Shown here piece after piece: positions 17,422 through 26,270 of a stretch of DNA of 36,444 nucleotides; position 1 is the stretch's first letter, and each line of letters begins with the position of its first letter. The translations under genes and the position numbers were made by a program. This DNA is from Desulfobacteraceae bacterium (lineage in GTDB: Bacteria; Desulfobacterota; DSM-4660; Desulfatiglandales; HGW-15). The stretch lies in the NCBI GenBank assembly GCA_050122535.1, contig JASFIT010000002.1, positions 1 to 36,444 of the forward strand, in the 5' to 3' direction. The notes below the pieces were generated by a model that saw only the letters and a list, made by a program, of their open reading frames with translations, did no database searches and had not been told where the DNA came from.

Positions 17422-18330
17422 CTAATTGAGAATGTAGCGAATGGGATTCACGGGAAGGCCGTTTAGGTATACCTCGTAGTGGAGATGGGGTCCTGTGGTG
17501 CGGCCGGTATTTCCCACCAGCGCGATCTTTTGGCCCCTCTTCACATACTGCCCTTTTTTGACCAGAACTTTGGACAGATGTCCATATCTTGTCTTGACTC
17601 CATAGCTATGGTTGATGGTGAGCATCTTACCCATGGCATGGTCTCGCCCTAGGGAAGAGATAACACCATCTGCCGGAGCAATAATAGGCGTATTCATCCG
17701 TGTGCTTATATCAATTCCTTTGTGGAATTCCTTTTGATTGGTAAATGGAGAAATGCGGTATCCAAAACGCGAACTGACCCAACCCCGGGTCGGCCATATG
17801 GAAGGCGTGCTTGCCAGCATGGTCTTCTGGTTTTCAAGAAATTTGTACAGCTCCTCCTTTTCATTGGTCTGTATGGAGATTTCCGTATCCAGATTATCCA
17901 GAGACTTATGCATCAGGCGAACCAATTTCTGGTGGGCCTTTTCAAGGGTGTAATCTGGATTCAATAAGGAAGGATCAGAGCCTCCGATACCCAAGAACTG
18001 TGAATTATCCTTATCGGTTTCCAGGTTGACCATGGTTTTCAGTTTTTGATCAAATTTCTTGAGTTCGACTAATTTTACGCTGATTTGATCAATCTTATGG
18101 GTCAGGGCAACAAGTTGTAGTTTCTGCTGCTCATTTTCCTTCTCCAATTGGCCGAGCCGTGGGACTTTTGCCTTTACGGCGCGGTAGTCCCTGATACCCC
18201 AGGCGAGGGCAAGAACAGCTGATAGGAAGATGAGGAAGACGAAGAAGAGGAGAAACCTAGGAATCTTCAGTTGCGTGACCTTTCTTGATGCCCCAGGAAG
18301 GAAAACGATGGTGACTTTTTTTGCAGCCAA
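17422..18330 (-). CDS. M23-family murein endopeptidase with N-terminal TM segment and coiled coil
   Basis: HKGIDIS and GNTGRTTGPHLHYEV (HxxxD/HxH metal site). TTG start with AAAGAGAG 8 nt upstream. Confidence 0.85.
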   Translation of the reverse strand: MAAKKVTIVFLPGASRKVTQLKIPRFLLFFVFLIFLSAVLALAWGIRDYRAVKAKVPRLGQLEKENEQQKLQLVALTHKIDQISVKLVELKKFDQKLKTMVNLETDKDNSQFLGIGGSDPSLLNPDYTLEKAHQKLVRLMHKSLDNLDTEISIQTNEKEELYKFLENQKTMLASTPSIWPTRGWVSSRFGYRISPFTNQKEFHKGIDISTRMNTPIIAPADGVISSLGRDHAMGKMLTINHSYGVKTRYGHLSKVLVKKGQYVKRGQKIALVGNTGRTTGPHLHYEVYLNGLPVNPIRYILN

Positions 18331-18422
18331 AATGCGCTCTCTTTATAAATTTTAACTTTAAAGATTAACTATAATTAAGTTTATTTTAGCACAAAGGCCT
18401 CACAGATGTCAACCCAGATGCC

Positions 18423-20267
18423 CTAGGCGCCCACCTTCATATTCCTTTCTGAGAAGAATGTCAAAATGTTTTTTGCAAGGGATTGGCTAATTCCAGGGAC
18501 AAGGACAAGATCTTCAAATTTTGCCTCAGAGACGCCCATTAGGTCCCCGAAATGCACTAGTAGAAGCTTCCTTTTCTTTGGCCCAATACCTGGTATTTGA
18601 TCCAATTCGGATTCTTTGATGCGTTTTCCCCTCAGTTTGCGGTGGTATGTGATAGCGCGCCGATGCGCCTCGTCACGGATCCGCATCAAGAGAAGAAGTA
18701 CAGGATGTTCGCTTTTTAAAGAAAGGGGATTTTTTCGACCAAAGATATAGATCTTATCTGTTTTACTCCTTTTTCTGTCATCCGCTTTCGCGATGGCGAC
18801 CACGTCTGGGAGCTCCAGCCCAGGGAAATTGCGCATCGCCTTTTTTACGGCCAAGAGATGGCCCTTGCCTCCATCCACCAGAAAAAGATCAGGGGGATTG
18901 CCTTTGGAGAGTCGCCGGGAGACGACCTCAGACATCATGCCATAATCGTCTATTCCCTGGATCCCCTTTATTTTATAGTTTCTATACCCGGACTTGTAAG
19001 GTAAACCATCCCAAAAAGAAACAATGGTCCCTACTGCCTGGTCACCACGCAATGTAGAGATATCGATTCCTTCCATGGCCCTTGGGATCTTTTTCAGCCT
19101 CAAAACAGATTTTGCCAGGACCATCAGATCATCCTTCTGGATTTCCGTACGCGTGCTGAGGAGATTTTCTGCATTTGTCACCGCCATCCTGACGAGGCGG
19201 CGTTTTTCTCCTTTTATTGGATGATGTACGGATACCTTCTTGCCAGCCAGGTCAGAGATCCAATCGCTCAGAGGTGGTAGGTCTTCAACAGACTCAGAGA
19301 TGAAGATGTGTTTTGGAATGAAAGACTCTTGAGCATAATATTGCTTCAGGAAGGCTTCCATGATCTCAGAACTGGACACCCCCTTATTTCTAAAAAGGTA
19401 ATCGCGGCTACCCAAGAGATATCCCTTTCGTATGAAAAGAATGACCACTTGGAACCTTCCATTTTCCTGCGCAAGGCCAATCACATCCTGATCTTCCATC
19501 TTAGGGGAGACCACATGCTGTCGTTCTATGGTGGCTTCCACAGCCCTGATTTGATCCCTCATGCGAGCGGCCTTCTCGAAATCGAGTTGTTCTGAGGCCT
19601 GTGTCATATTTTTTTTCAGCTGCCTGATCAGTTCACGGTTGCGACCTTCTAAAAAGAGCTTTACCTGATCGACGATCTCCCTGTATGCGGAAACGGAGAC
19701 CTCATGTACGCAAGCACCCAGACATCTGCCCAGTTGGTAATTGAGACAGGGCCTGGATCTCTTCGGTAGATCTCGGCCTTTGCATTTTCTTAGGTGAAAT
19801 ATCCTGTCGATCAACTTGAGGGTACTACGGACAGAATTGGCAGAGGAGAAAGGCCCGAAGTAGAGGGCGCCGTCTTTCTTGATCTTTCGGACAATACTCA
19901 ACCGGGGAAAAGGGTTTTGGATATCAAATCGGAGACAGGGATACCGCTTGTCATCCCTGAGGATAATATTGTAGCGAGGCATATGTCGCTTTACGAGAGT
20001 ATCCTCGAGAATAAAGGCTTCTTTCTCTGTGGCTGTAAGGAAGTAATCGAGGCCTCCGGCCTTATTCATCATCAAGGCCGTTTTGTGGGGAAGGTCGCTA
20101 GAAGGCTTGAAATAGGCTAAAACCCTTTTTTTGAGGTTCTTTGCCTTACCCACATAGATAATCTGATCGGCTTGGTCTTTAAAGATATAAACGCCAGGTC
20201 CTTCCGGTAGATTGAGACGAAGAGATTCTGGGGCCAGGTCGTGGAGAGTCAGAGGTGCTTCGTTCAT
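18423..20267 (-). CDS. uvrC: Excinuclease ABC subunit C
   Basis: 614 aa. GIY-YIG N-terminus (GVYIFKD...IIYVGKAKNLKKR), a UVR domain and a C-terminal helix-hairpin-helix (IPGIGPKK). Confidence 0.97.
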   Translation of the reverse strand: MNEAPLTLHDLAPESLRLNLPEGPGVYIFKDQADQIIYVGKAKNLKKRVLAYFKPSSDLPHKTALMMNKAGGLDYFLTATEKEAFILEDTLVKRHMPRYNIILRDDKRYPCLRFDIQNPFPRLSIVRKIKKDGALYFGPFSSANSVRSTLKLIDRIFHLRKCKGRDLPKRSRPCLNYQLGRCLGACVHEVSVSAYREIVDQVKLFLEGRNRELIRQLKKNMTQASEQLDFEKAARMRDQIRAVEATIERQHVVSPKMEDQDVIGLAQENGRFQVVILFIRKGYLLGSRDYLFRNKGVSSSEIMEAFLKQYYAQESFIPKHIFISESVEDLPPLSDWISDLAGKKVSVHHPIKGEKRRLVRMAVTNAENLLSTRTEIQKDDLMVLAKSVLRLKKIPRAMEGIDISTLRGDQAVGTIVSFWDGLPYKSGYRNYKIKGIQGIDDYGMMSEVVSRRLSKGNPPDLFLVDGGKGHLLAVKKAMRNFPGLELPDVVAIAKADDRKRSKTDKIYIFGRKNPLSLKSEHPVLLLLMRIRDEAHRRAITYHRKLRGKRIKESELDQIPGIGPKKRKLLLVHFGDLMGVSEAKFEDLVLVPGISQSLAKNILTFFSERNMKVGA

Positions 20268-20839
20268 GGGTTACCCACTCTTACATCATCCCATAGCCGG
20301 TGAAGACGCTTGACCATAATGACGAGATTGTGCGGGTTTCCCTCCCTATCCTTGGCATAGTCCTTCAGGACCCCTGTTTCAAGGAACTCCAGTTTCTTGA
20401 CGCTTCTTATAAGCGCCGCGTCTCTGTCTTCCACCAATTGCATGATGAGCGTTTCCAGCTCCATGGCCATGGCCAGATTGATGAGATCTAGAAGCATCCA
20501 TGTGGCCAGATGTTTTCCACGAAAAGAAGGGTCAACAGAGATGCGGATGTTGCCAATGTGACTTTTGGCCCCGTAATATTTCCTAAGCAAAGTGGCGTGA
20601 GCAATAATCTGGCCTTCCAATACACACACGATAGAGTGCGCCCTATCTGGATCCATATTTTTTACCCAATTCTCAATCAGTTCGAAATCAGCCACATTGT
20701 GATCAAGAAACCATTTGTCGTCTTCAGATAAACGGCTGAACATCCTGAAGAGGATATCTTCATCCCCTTTCCGCAGTGGCCTTAGGGTGACCCCGGTCCC
20801 GTCTTTTAGAATGAGTTCCTTGGGGTAGTCTTCGAGCAT
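20264..20839 (-). CDS. GNAT-family N-acetyltransferase
   Basis: GNAT-like core IRISVDPSFRGKHLATWMLLDLINLA. Its stop overlaps the uvrC start. The ATG at 20839 has GGAGAC about 8 nt upstream; the track start is a GTG at 20866. Confidence 0.65.
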   Translation of the reverse strand: MLEDYPKELILKDGTGVTLRPLRKGDEDILFRMFSRLSEDDKWFLDHNVADFELIENWVKNMDPDRAHSIVCVLEGQIIAHATLLRKYYGAKSHIGNIRISVDPSFRGKHLATWMLLDLINLAMAMELETLIMQLVEDRDAALIRSVKKLEFLETGVLKDYAKDREGNPHNLVIMVKRLHRLWDDVRVGNP

Positions 20840-20956
20840 TATAGGTGTCTCCGAAACAGGTCTCACGGATCTGGTTCTTTTTGATCTATATCAATAGACC
20901 CAGATTCGCCGTCCAATGTGGTATTGAGGACTGAAATCATAAACTTATGGGATACT

Positions 20957-21187
20957 CCTGATCACCAGCAAGGTATTACCTGCTCGTTGAGCCTTGCGAC
21001 ATCCCGCTAAAAGCGGGGGCGCCGAGGAGCGGCAACTGAGGCGTATGGATCAATACGCCGCAAGCCTGCACCCGCGAAGGCGGGGGGAGGGGGGAGGAGC
21101 GATCGCTTGCCCGCCTCTGGCGGGAAGGCAACGCCGCTCTTTAGATCCCGTCTCGGCGGGGAGATGATGCCTTGATGGTGGATCAGG
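20957..21187. mobile_element. MITE-like GC-rich structured repeat (~230 bp) with ~17-nt terminal inverted repeats
   Basis: CCTGATCACCAGCAAGG (20957..20973) against the reverse complement of CCTTGATGGTGGATCAGG (21170..21187). At least six internal short GC hairpins. It shares the module TGAGGCGTA-N8-TACGCCGCA with the element at 9358..9597. Confidence 0.5.
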
Positions 21188-21337
21188 GATGGCATAACGG
21201 ACTTGCACACGTTTAGGGTAAGTGATAGAAATGGAGGGAGTCAAGGGAATTGTCTGTGTGGGGCTGCCCGCCATTGCTCTTGCTCAGGCGAGGCAGGCTG
21301 GTCTGTGGCTAAAGAAGTCCTGGGATGAGGTGGGACG

Positions 21338-22261
21338 ATGTGGATTCAGAAAATGCTCCCTATATTCACTGTTCTCATGGTGTTCTTCGCTTTGAATGGG
21401 TGTGCTGGGACAAAAAAACCTTCACCTATCATGGCAACCATACAAGGCGTTTCAGAGCATTTTAGGATCGGTCAAATATTGGACCTCAAAACAGGAACCG
21501 TGCTCTCTTTTGATCAGTTAATTGATCAGATCTCTTCAAAGGACCTTATATTTATTGGCGAGGTACATGACAACCCTGAACATCATCTGATACAGGTTCA
21601 GATTCTACAGGCCCTTTTGGCATGTTGCGGCCCCATAAGCATTGGCATGGAGTTTTTTGAAAAGCCGCAGCAGCCCACCCTTGATCGCTATCATCAAGGT
21701 GACTTGGAGGAAAGCGAGTTTTTAGAAGAAGTGGACTGGGGATCCGATTACCACTTCTATCGGCCCCTCATACAAATGGTCAAGCAGCATGGGGCGGCGG
21801 TACTGGCCATTAATGCGCCCCGCGATGTGGTAAAAAAGGTGGCAAGGCAGGGTTTGGAAAGCCTGGATGAGCCTGAGAGGAACAAGATAGCCAAGGTGAT
21901 CGATCTAAGCAACCAGGCCCATCGCACCTACGTCCGAGAGGCTTACGAGCGACATGCCCATGGGGACCTGCAAGAATTTGATTACTTCTATGAGGCTCAG
22001 TGCGTATGGGAAGACACAATGGCAGAGAGTTTGGCAGAATATTTGAAGGCAAATGGGAGAAAGCTGATTGTTTTTACAGGAAATGGACATATCATCAACA
22101 AGTTTGGTGTTCCAGACAGGACCATTGAGCGAATTGCTGTTTCCATGGTGACCATAATGCCCTATCCTTTAAGTGAAGAGGTAACCATAGAAAAAGAGAC
22201 AGCCGACTATGTCTGGCTCACTGCCGATTACCCGCCCAGGCCAAGAGGGCATCGAAAATGA
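21338..22261 (+). CDS. ChaN-family lipoprotein (haem-binding uptake / Tiki superfamily)
   Basis: Lipobox FFALNGCAG, the LIFIGEVHDNPEHH signature, and a later VFTGNGHI motif. Confidence 0.7.
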   Translation: MWIQKMLPIFTVLMVFFALNGCAGTKKPSPIMATIQGVSEHFRIGQILDLKTGTVLSFDQLIDQISSKDLIFIGEVHDNPEHHLIQVQILQALLACCGPISIGMEFFEKPQQPTLDRYHQGDLEESEFLEEVDWGSDYHFYRPLIQMVKQHGAAVLAINAPRDVVKKVARQGLESLDEPERNKIAKVIDLSNQAHRTYVREAYERHAHGDLQEFDYFYEAQCVWEDTMAESLAEYLKANGRKLIVFTGNGHIINKFGVPDRTIERIAVSMVTIMPYPLSEEVTIEKETADYVWLTADYPPRPRGHRK

Positions 22262-22797
22262 ATCATGACCATTTCATGATGCACGAAGAACCCGATTTTC
22301 AATTCTGCCCAGTTTGCGGGGGAAGGCTGGATTCTTCAAAACTGAAGGAGAATGAACCGGCAAGGCTGGTCTGTTCCGATTGCGACTTCATCTTTTATCT
22401 GGATCCCAAGTTGGTGGCCACGTCTGTGGTGGAACTTGATGGAAGGATCGTGCTCCTAAGACGTGGCATTGAGCCCCAAAAGGGCAAATGGGTTGTGCCC
22501 GGGGGATATGTGGATCGAGGTGAAGCCGTGGAGGCTGCAGCACTAAGGGAGACAGAGGAGGAATGTGGAATCAGAACCCGCATCAAAAATCTCCTTGGGA
22601 TCTATTCATATCCAGGTCGACCGGTGGTCGTAGTCGTGTATGTGACTGAGTATTTGAAAGGGGATCTCACTGCGGGGGACGAGGCCCAGGAAGTCAAGCT
22701 GTTCCCGCTGGAGGAAATACCCTGGGATGACCTGGCCTTCCCAAGCACAGCAGATGCCCTGAGGGATTATTGTAGCATAAGAAATGTCAGTTGTTAG
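22258..22797 (+). CDS. NUDIX hydrolase with N-terminal zinc ribbon
   Basis: CPVCGG...CSDCDF zinc ribbon and Nudix box GGYVDRGEAVEAAALRETEEECG. The ATG overlaps the ChaN stop (ATGA). Confidence 0.85.
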   Translation: MNHDHFMMHEEPDFQFCPVCGGRLDSSKLKENEPARLVCSDCDFIFYLDPKLVATSVVELDGRIVLLRRGIEPQKGKWVVPGGYVDRGEAVEAAALRETEEECGIRTRIKNLLGIYSYPGRPVVVVVYVTEYLKGDLTAGDEAQEVKLFPLEEIPWDDLAFPSTADALRDYCSIRNVSC

Positions 22798-22873
22798 TGG
22801 TCAGTTGTCCGTTTTCCTTCAAACAACGGACCAAGGACCACTGACAACATACCAATTTGAAAGGAGAGAGATC

Positions 22874-24172
22874 GTGGCGGTCATGATAAAGCCTGAAAGA
22901 ATCGAAGACTTGAGTCCTGAACAGTTGAAAGGAATCATGGAAAGATCTATGGAGGATATCTCCACTGTGTATGAGGAGATGCGTAAGATCGTAGAAGATA
23001 TCAGGGGTAACGGAGATGCCGTCTCCCTAAAGCACTACAAAAAGCACAAGGAGGACATCTCCCCAGCGGACCTTGAGGCGACCCGAGAAGAGATAGAGGA
23101 GGCCTACAAGGAGCTAGATTCAAAGGTGTTAGATTGTCTCAAGATTGCGGCTGAGAACATTACCAAGTTCCATCGTGCTCAGCTTGAGAGGGACATGTGG
23201 TCTATAGAGATTTCAGAGGGCATCCTGGCTGGTCGAATGACCAGGGCGATGGATATTGTCGGTTGCTACATTCCCGGAGGAACGGCGGCCTACCCCAGTT
23301 CCATTCTGATGACAGTTCTGCCGGCCAAGGTGGCTGGCGTCGGAACTATTGTGGCAGTGACCCCTCCCAGTAAGGGGATGGTGGCAACCCCCGCCACCCT
23401 GGTGGCAGCGGATCTGGCAGGCTGCGATCGTATTTTTAAGGTGGGAGGTCCGTGGGGCGTAGCGAGTCTGGCCTATGGAACACAGACCATACCAAGGGTG
23501 GACAAAATCGTGGGACCAGGGAACAAATATGTCACCGCTGCGAAAATGATCGTCTACGGTCAAGTGGATATCGATTCTCCGGCAGGCCCAAGCGAGGTCT
23601 TGATTTTGGCTGATGAGACGGGAGATGCGGATTTGATCGCTGTGGATTTTCTATCTCAGATAGAGCATGATCCAGACTCAGCAGCCGTGTTGGTCACCAC
23701 CTCAGAGAATCTGGCAAAAAAAGTCAGCGATTTGATCAATGGGGAATTTGAGTCTCTTCCCAGAAAAGAGATCTTTGAATCTTCGCTCATCAAGCACTCC
23801 CGCGTGCTGGTGGCCAAGGATATGGAGCAGGCGATCGATTTTACAAACGAGTATGCGACTGAGCATCTTCAGATCCTCACGGAAGACCCCTTTATTACCC
23901 TAAACAAGATAAACCACGCTGGATCCGTTTTTTTGGGGCCCTATGCTCCTGTCCCAGTGGGTGATTATGCATCTGGGACCAACCACGTTCTCCCCACGGG
24001 CCAGTGTGCACGCATGTTTTCGGGTCTTTCAGTGGATGACTTCATCAAAAAGCCCACGTTCCAGTATTTGAGCAAAAAGGGTCTGTCCAGTCTGAAAGAG
24101 GTGGTCGTGACACTTGCTGAAGCAGAAGGCCTTCCCATGCATGCTAAGGCAGTCCAAGCACGATTCAAATAG
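22874..24172 (+). CDS. hisD: Histidinol dehydrogenase
   Basis: IVGPGNKYVTAAK, SQIEHDPDS and GDYASGTNHVLPT motifs. I prefer the GTG at 22874 (AGGAGA 8 nt upstream, giving 432 aa). The track start at 22784 would translate an intergenic palindromic repeat. Confidence 0.93.
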   Translation: MAVMIKPERIEDLSPEQLKGIMERSMEDISTVYEEMRKIVEDIRGNGDAVSLKHYKKHKEDISPADLEATREEIEEAYKELDSKVLDCLKIAAENITKFHRAQLERDMWSIEISEGILAGRMTRAMDIVGCYIPGGTAAYPSSILMTVLPAKVAGVGTIVAVTPPSKGMVATPATLVAADLAGCDRIFKVGGPWGVASLAYGTQTIPRVDKIVGPGNKYVTAAKMIVYGQVDIDSPAGPSEVLILADETGDADLIAVDFLSQIEHDPDSAAVLVTTSENLAKKVSDLINGEFESLPRKEIFESSLIKHSRVLVAKDMEQAIDFTNEYATEHLQILTEDPFITLNKINHAGSVFLGPYAPVPVGDYASGTNHVLPTGQCARMFSGLSVDDFIKKPTFQYLSKKGLSSLKEVVVTLAEAEGLPMHAKAVQARFK

Positions 24173-24315
24173 TTTCCGAAATGGAAGCGGTTCTTTTCCG
24201 CAATCTCTGCGTCAATCTTCGGGATTTGCTTGTGCGACATACTCATGGTATGCCTCCGTGCAATCCCTTGATTTTCTTGACCTTGCAGAAAACTCCTCGT
24301 TTCCATTTCGGAAAC
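24172..24315. repeat. 18-nt inverted repeat pair flanking a 108-nt segment immediately after the hisD stop
   Basis: GTTTCCGAAATGGAAGCG (24172..24189) matches the reverse complement of CGTTTCCATTTCGGAAAC (24298..24315) at 17 of 18 positions. Confidence 0.6.
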
Positions 24316-24575
24316 CGACATGGTTTGGTAACGAGATATTAGGCGCCAAAGACGCCGTGAATAAATTCTAAATTCAAATATCTTAAGCAATGAAGCTCTC
24401 CGCCGAAAGTGTACTGTTAAGTCTTTGGTGATTTGAGTTTGGGATTTGAAAATTGTTTTCTACTTTGCATTTGGGATTTGGAACTTTTGACCGTATACGC
24501 GGCTCTTATTTTGGTCTCCGTATGTCGATGGAGCTTCGGTAAGCTCATAATAACTAGCAAGGAGGAGGTTGCACT

Positions 24576-25016
24576 ATGGCTGATATCAAAGGCTACAACA
24601 TGCCAGATGAACTCTATTACCACGAGGAACATAGCTGGGCGCGAGTGGACGGCACAAAAGTGACCGTTGGAATGACGGATTTTTTCCAAAAGGAGGCAGG
24701 CGATATCGTATTTGTGGATCTTCCCGATGAAGAAGACGAAGTGAGTCAGGGCGAAGTCTGCGGGAAAATCCAGTCAAGGAAATGGATCGGCAACCTCGTC
24801 GCCCCTGTCTCCGGTGAGATCGTGGAGCTGAACGAGGAACTGGAAGAGGATACCAGTCTTATAAACACAGATCCCTATGGTGGGGGCTGGATAATTGTCA
24901 TCGAGGCGAGCGATCTGGAAGCAGACTTGGGGAATCTGATCCAAGGGGACGCTGTTGCGGATTTTGTGGAGAAAGAGATCAAGAAGGCCGAGGAGGAGAA
25001 GGCCAAGGCTGAATAA
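24576..25016 (+). CDS. gcvH: GcvH-family lipoyl-carrier protein (glycine-cleavage H protein or LbpA-like)
   Basis: HSWARVDG...VGMTDFFQKEAGDIVFVDLP and IQSRKWIGNLVAPVSGEIVELN. K69 aligns with the lipoyl-lysine of canonical VESVKAASDIYAPVSG. Strong SD AAGGAGGAGG. Confidence 0.85.
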   Translation: MADIKGYNMPDELYYHEEHSWARVDGTKVTVGMTDFFQKEAGDIVFVDLPDEEDEVSQGEVCGKIQSRKWIGNLVAPVSGEIVELNEELEEDTSLINTDPYGGGWIIVIEASDLEADLGNLIQGDAVADFVEKEIKKAEEEKAKAE

Positions 25017-25018
25017 AG

Positions 25019-26086
25019 ATGGCAGAACGTTGGCGTCTTTTCAAAAATATATCAAGAGCTGTTTCCACTGCCGAAGGACTGGCTCTGGACGACACCCTAC
25101 CGCAATCTGTGGCTCATCATCAATCCCCGCCAATACTCCACCTTTACACATTCGTCCCATCCGTCATTGTGGGTAAATACCAGGATATTGAGGCGGCCCT
25201 GAGGCTTGATAGATGCAGGGCAAGGGGGATTGAATACAACCGGAGGAGCACGGGCGGTGGCACGGTCATAATGGGGCCCGAGATCGTCGCATTGGGCCTG
25301 GGGATCAACGTGGATTATCCTGGACTCAAAGGGGGATTAGGAGGGGTCTTCGAACCCCTGGCCCATGTTTTGTGTAAGGCCTTAGAGGGATTTGGCATTC
25401 AATCCTATTTTCAGCCCAAAAATGACCTGGAAGCTGCTGGGAAGAAGATAGCAGGGTTGTCCGCAGCCTATGAGACAGGGAGGAGTTTGCTCTTTCACAC
25501 CAGTCTGCTCGTGGACTTCGACGTCCCGCTGATGACAGATATCATGAATACTCCCTTAATCAAGCTCAGTGACAAGGGGTACAACTGTTTCAGCCAGCGA
25601 ATGACCACTGTCTGCCAAGAAGTTGGAGAAGATGTCCCTGTAAAGCGAGTGGTGGATGCCATCGAGATATCCTTTGAAAAAGAATTCGGAATCGTTTTCC
25701 AGAAAGACGAACCAGATGACTGGGAAAGAGAGGTTATTCAGCGCTACAGCAGGGAGAGGTACACCAACCAGGCATGGATCTTTTCCCATAAGCATCCAAG
25801 AGCCAGGATGGGATTGGGCAGGCTTAAGACCAGGGGAGGACTTTTGGAGATCTACCTTGCCTTGTCAGGCGGATCCATTGAGAATGTGATTATCACTGGG
25901 GATTTCTTTTCCACCAGTGAGGATATCAACCGCCTTGAGAAGGCGCTGAAATGGACTTCAGCACGAGAGGAAAGCATAGGAGAAAATCTTTCAAGGGTAT
26001 GGAAGGATGACATGATTTATGGCCTCGACGTCCCTTCTCTAACCAAGGCTATTATTAAGGCTAAAGAAAACCAAGTTAGGTTATAA
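25019..26086 (+). CDS. Lipoate-protein ligase (LplA-type, catalytic plus C-terminal accessory domain fused)
   Basis: 355 aa. LHLYTFVPSVIVGKYQ, RRSTGGGTV and GKKIAGLSA (conserved catalytic Lys region of the BPL/LplA/LipB fold). Starts 2 nt after the gcvH-like stop. Confidence 0.8.
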   Translation: MAERWRLFKNISRAVSTAEGLALDDTLPQSVAHHQSPPILHLYTFVPSVIVGKYQDIEAALRLDRCRARGIEYNRRSTGGGTVIMGPEIVALGLGINVDYPGLKGGLGGVFEPLAHVLCKALEGFGIQSYFQPKNDLEAAGKKIAGLSAAYETGRSLLFHTSLLVDFDVPLMTDIMNTPLIKLSDKGYNCFSQRMTTVCQEVGEDVPVKRVVDAIEISFEKEFGIVFQKDEPDDWEREVIQRYSRERYTNQAWIFSHKHPRARMGLGRLKTRGGLLEIYLALSGGSIENVIITGDFFSTSEDINRLEKALKWTSAREESIGENLSRVWKDDMIYGLDVPSLTKAIIKAKENQVRL

Positions 26087-26204
26087 CATTTTGGATTTTG
26101 GATTTTAGATTTTGAAAAGCTGTCTTGTACCCTCCAGGACCGTTTGGCTGGAGTTAAGAATATAAAGACCTTTGCTAATAATGCGCCAAAGGTACTTGGC
26201 ATCC

Positions 26205-26233
26205 TTTTGTCCGGCCAGGTCGGCCGGACAAAA
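26205..26233 (+). other. Perfect 12-bp intercistronic hairpin TTTTGTCCGGCC-AGGTC-GGCCGGACAAAA
   Basis: Lies between the ligase gene and the radical-SAM gene. No U-run follows, so it is more likely an mRNA processing/stability element or a repeat than a terminator. Confidence 0.6.
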
Positions 26234-26270
26234 TGTCTGCGTAGGTCTGCGGCTAACAAGACCGAGAAAA

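Noticed and set aside
21007-21274. Two overlapping minus-strand ORFs (67 and 74 aa) rich in P/R/A/G
   Set aside because: They lie inside the GC-rich MITE-like repeat. The composition reflects translated hairpins, and there is no SD.
22784-22873. N-terminal extension of hisD (MSVVSGQLSVFLQTTDQGPLTT...)
   Set aside because: It translates an imperfect palindromic intergenic repeat (GTTAGTGGTCAGTTGTCCGTT...AACGGACCAAGGACCACTGAC) and overlaps the NUDIX gene end. The GTG at 22874 has a proper SD and gives a normal HisD length.
23965-24390. 141-aa minus-strand ORF with an internal GGAGG-N7-ATG
   Set aside because: Most of it is antisense to the 3' end of hisD. The SD-like sequence lies inside the inverted-repeat-bounded insert and is probably fortuitous.
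24390-24575. Glycine riboswitch upstream of the gcvH-like gene
   Set aside because: The expected conserved cores (GGAGAG...CACCGAAGGGGCAA...CUCAGGCAAAAGGAC) are absent. Only a short CGCCGAAAG resemblance is seen.
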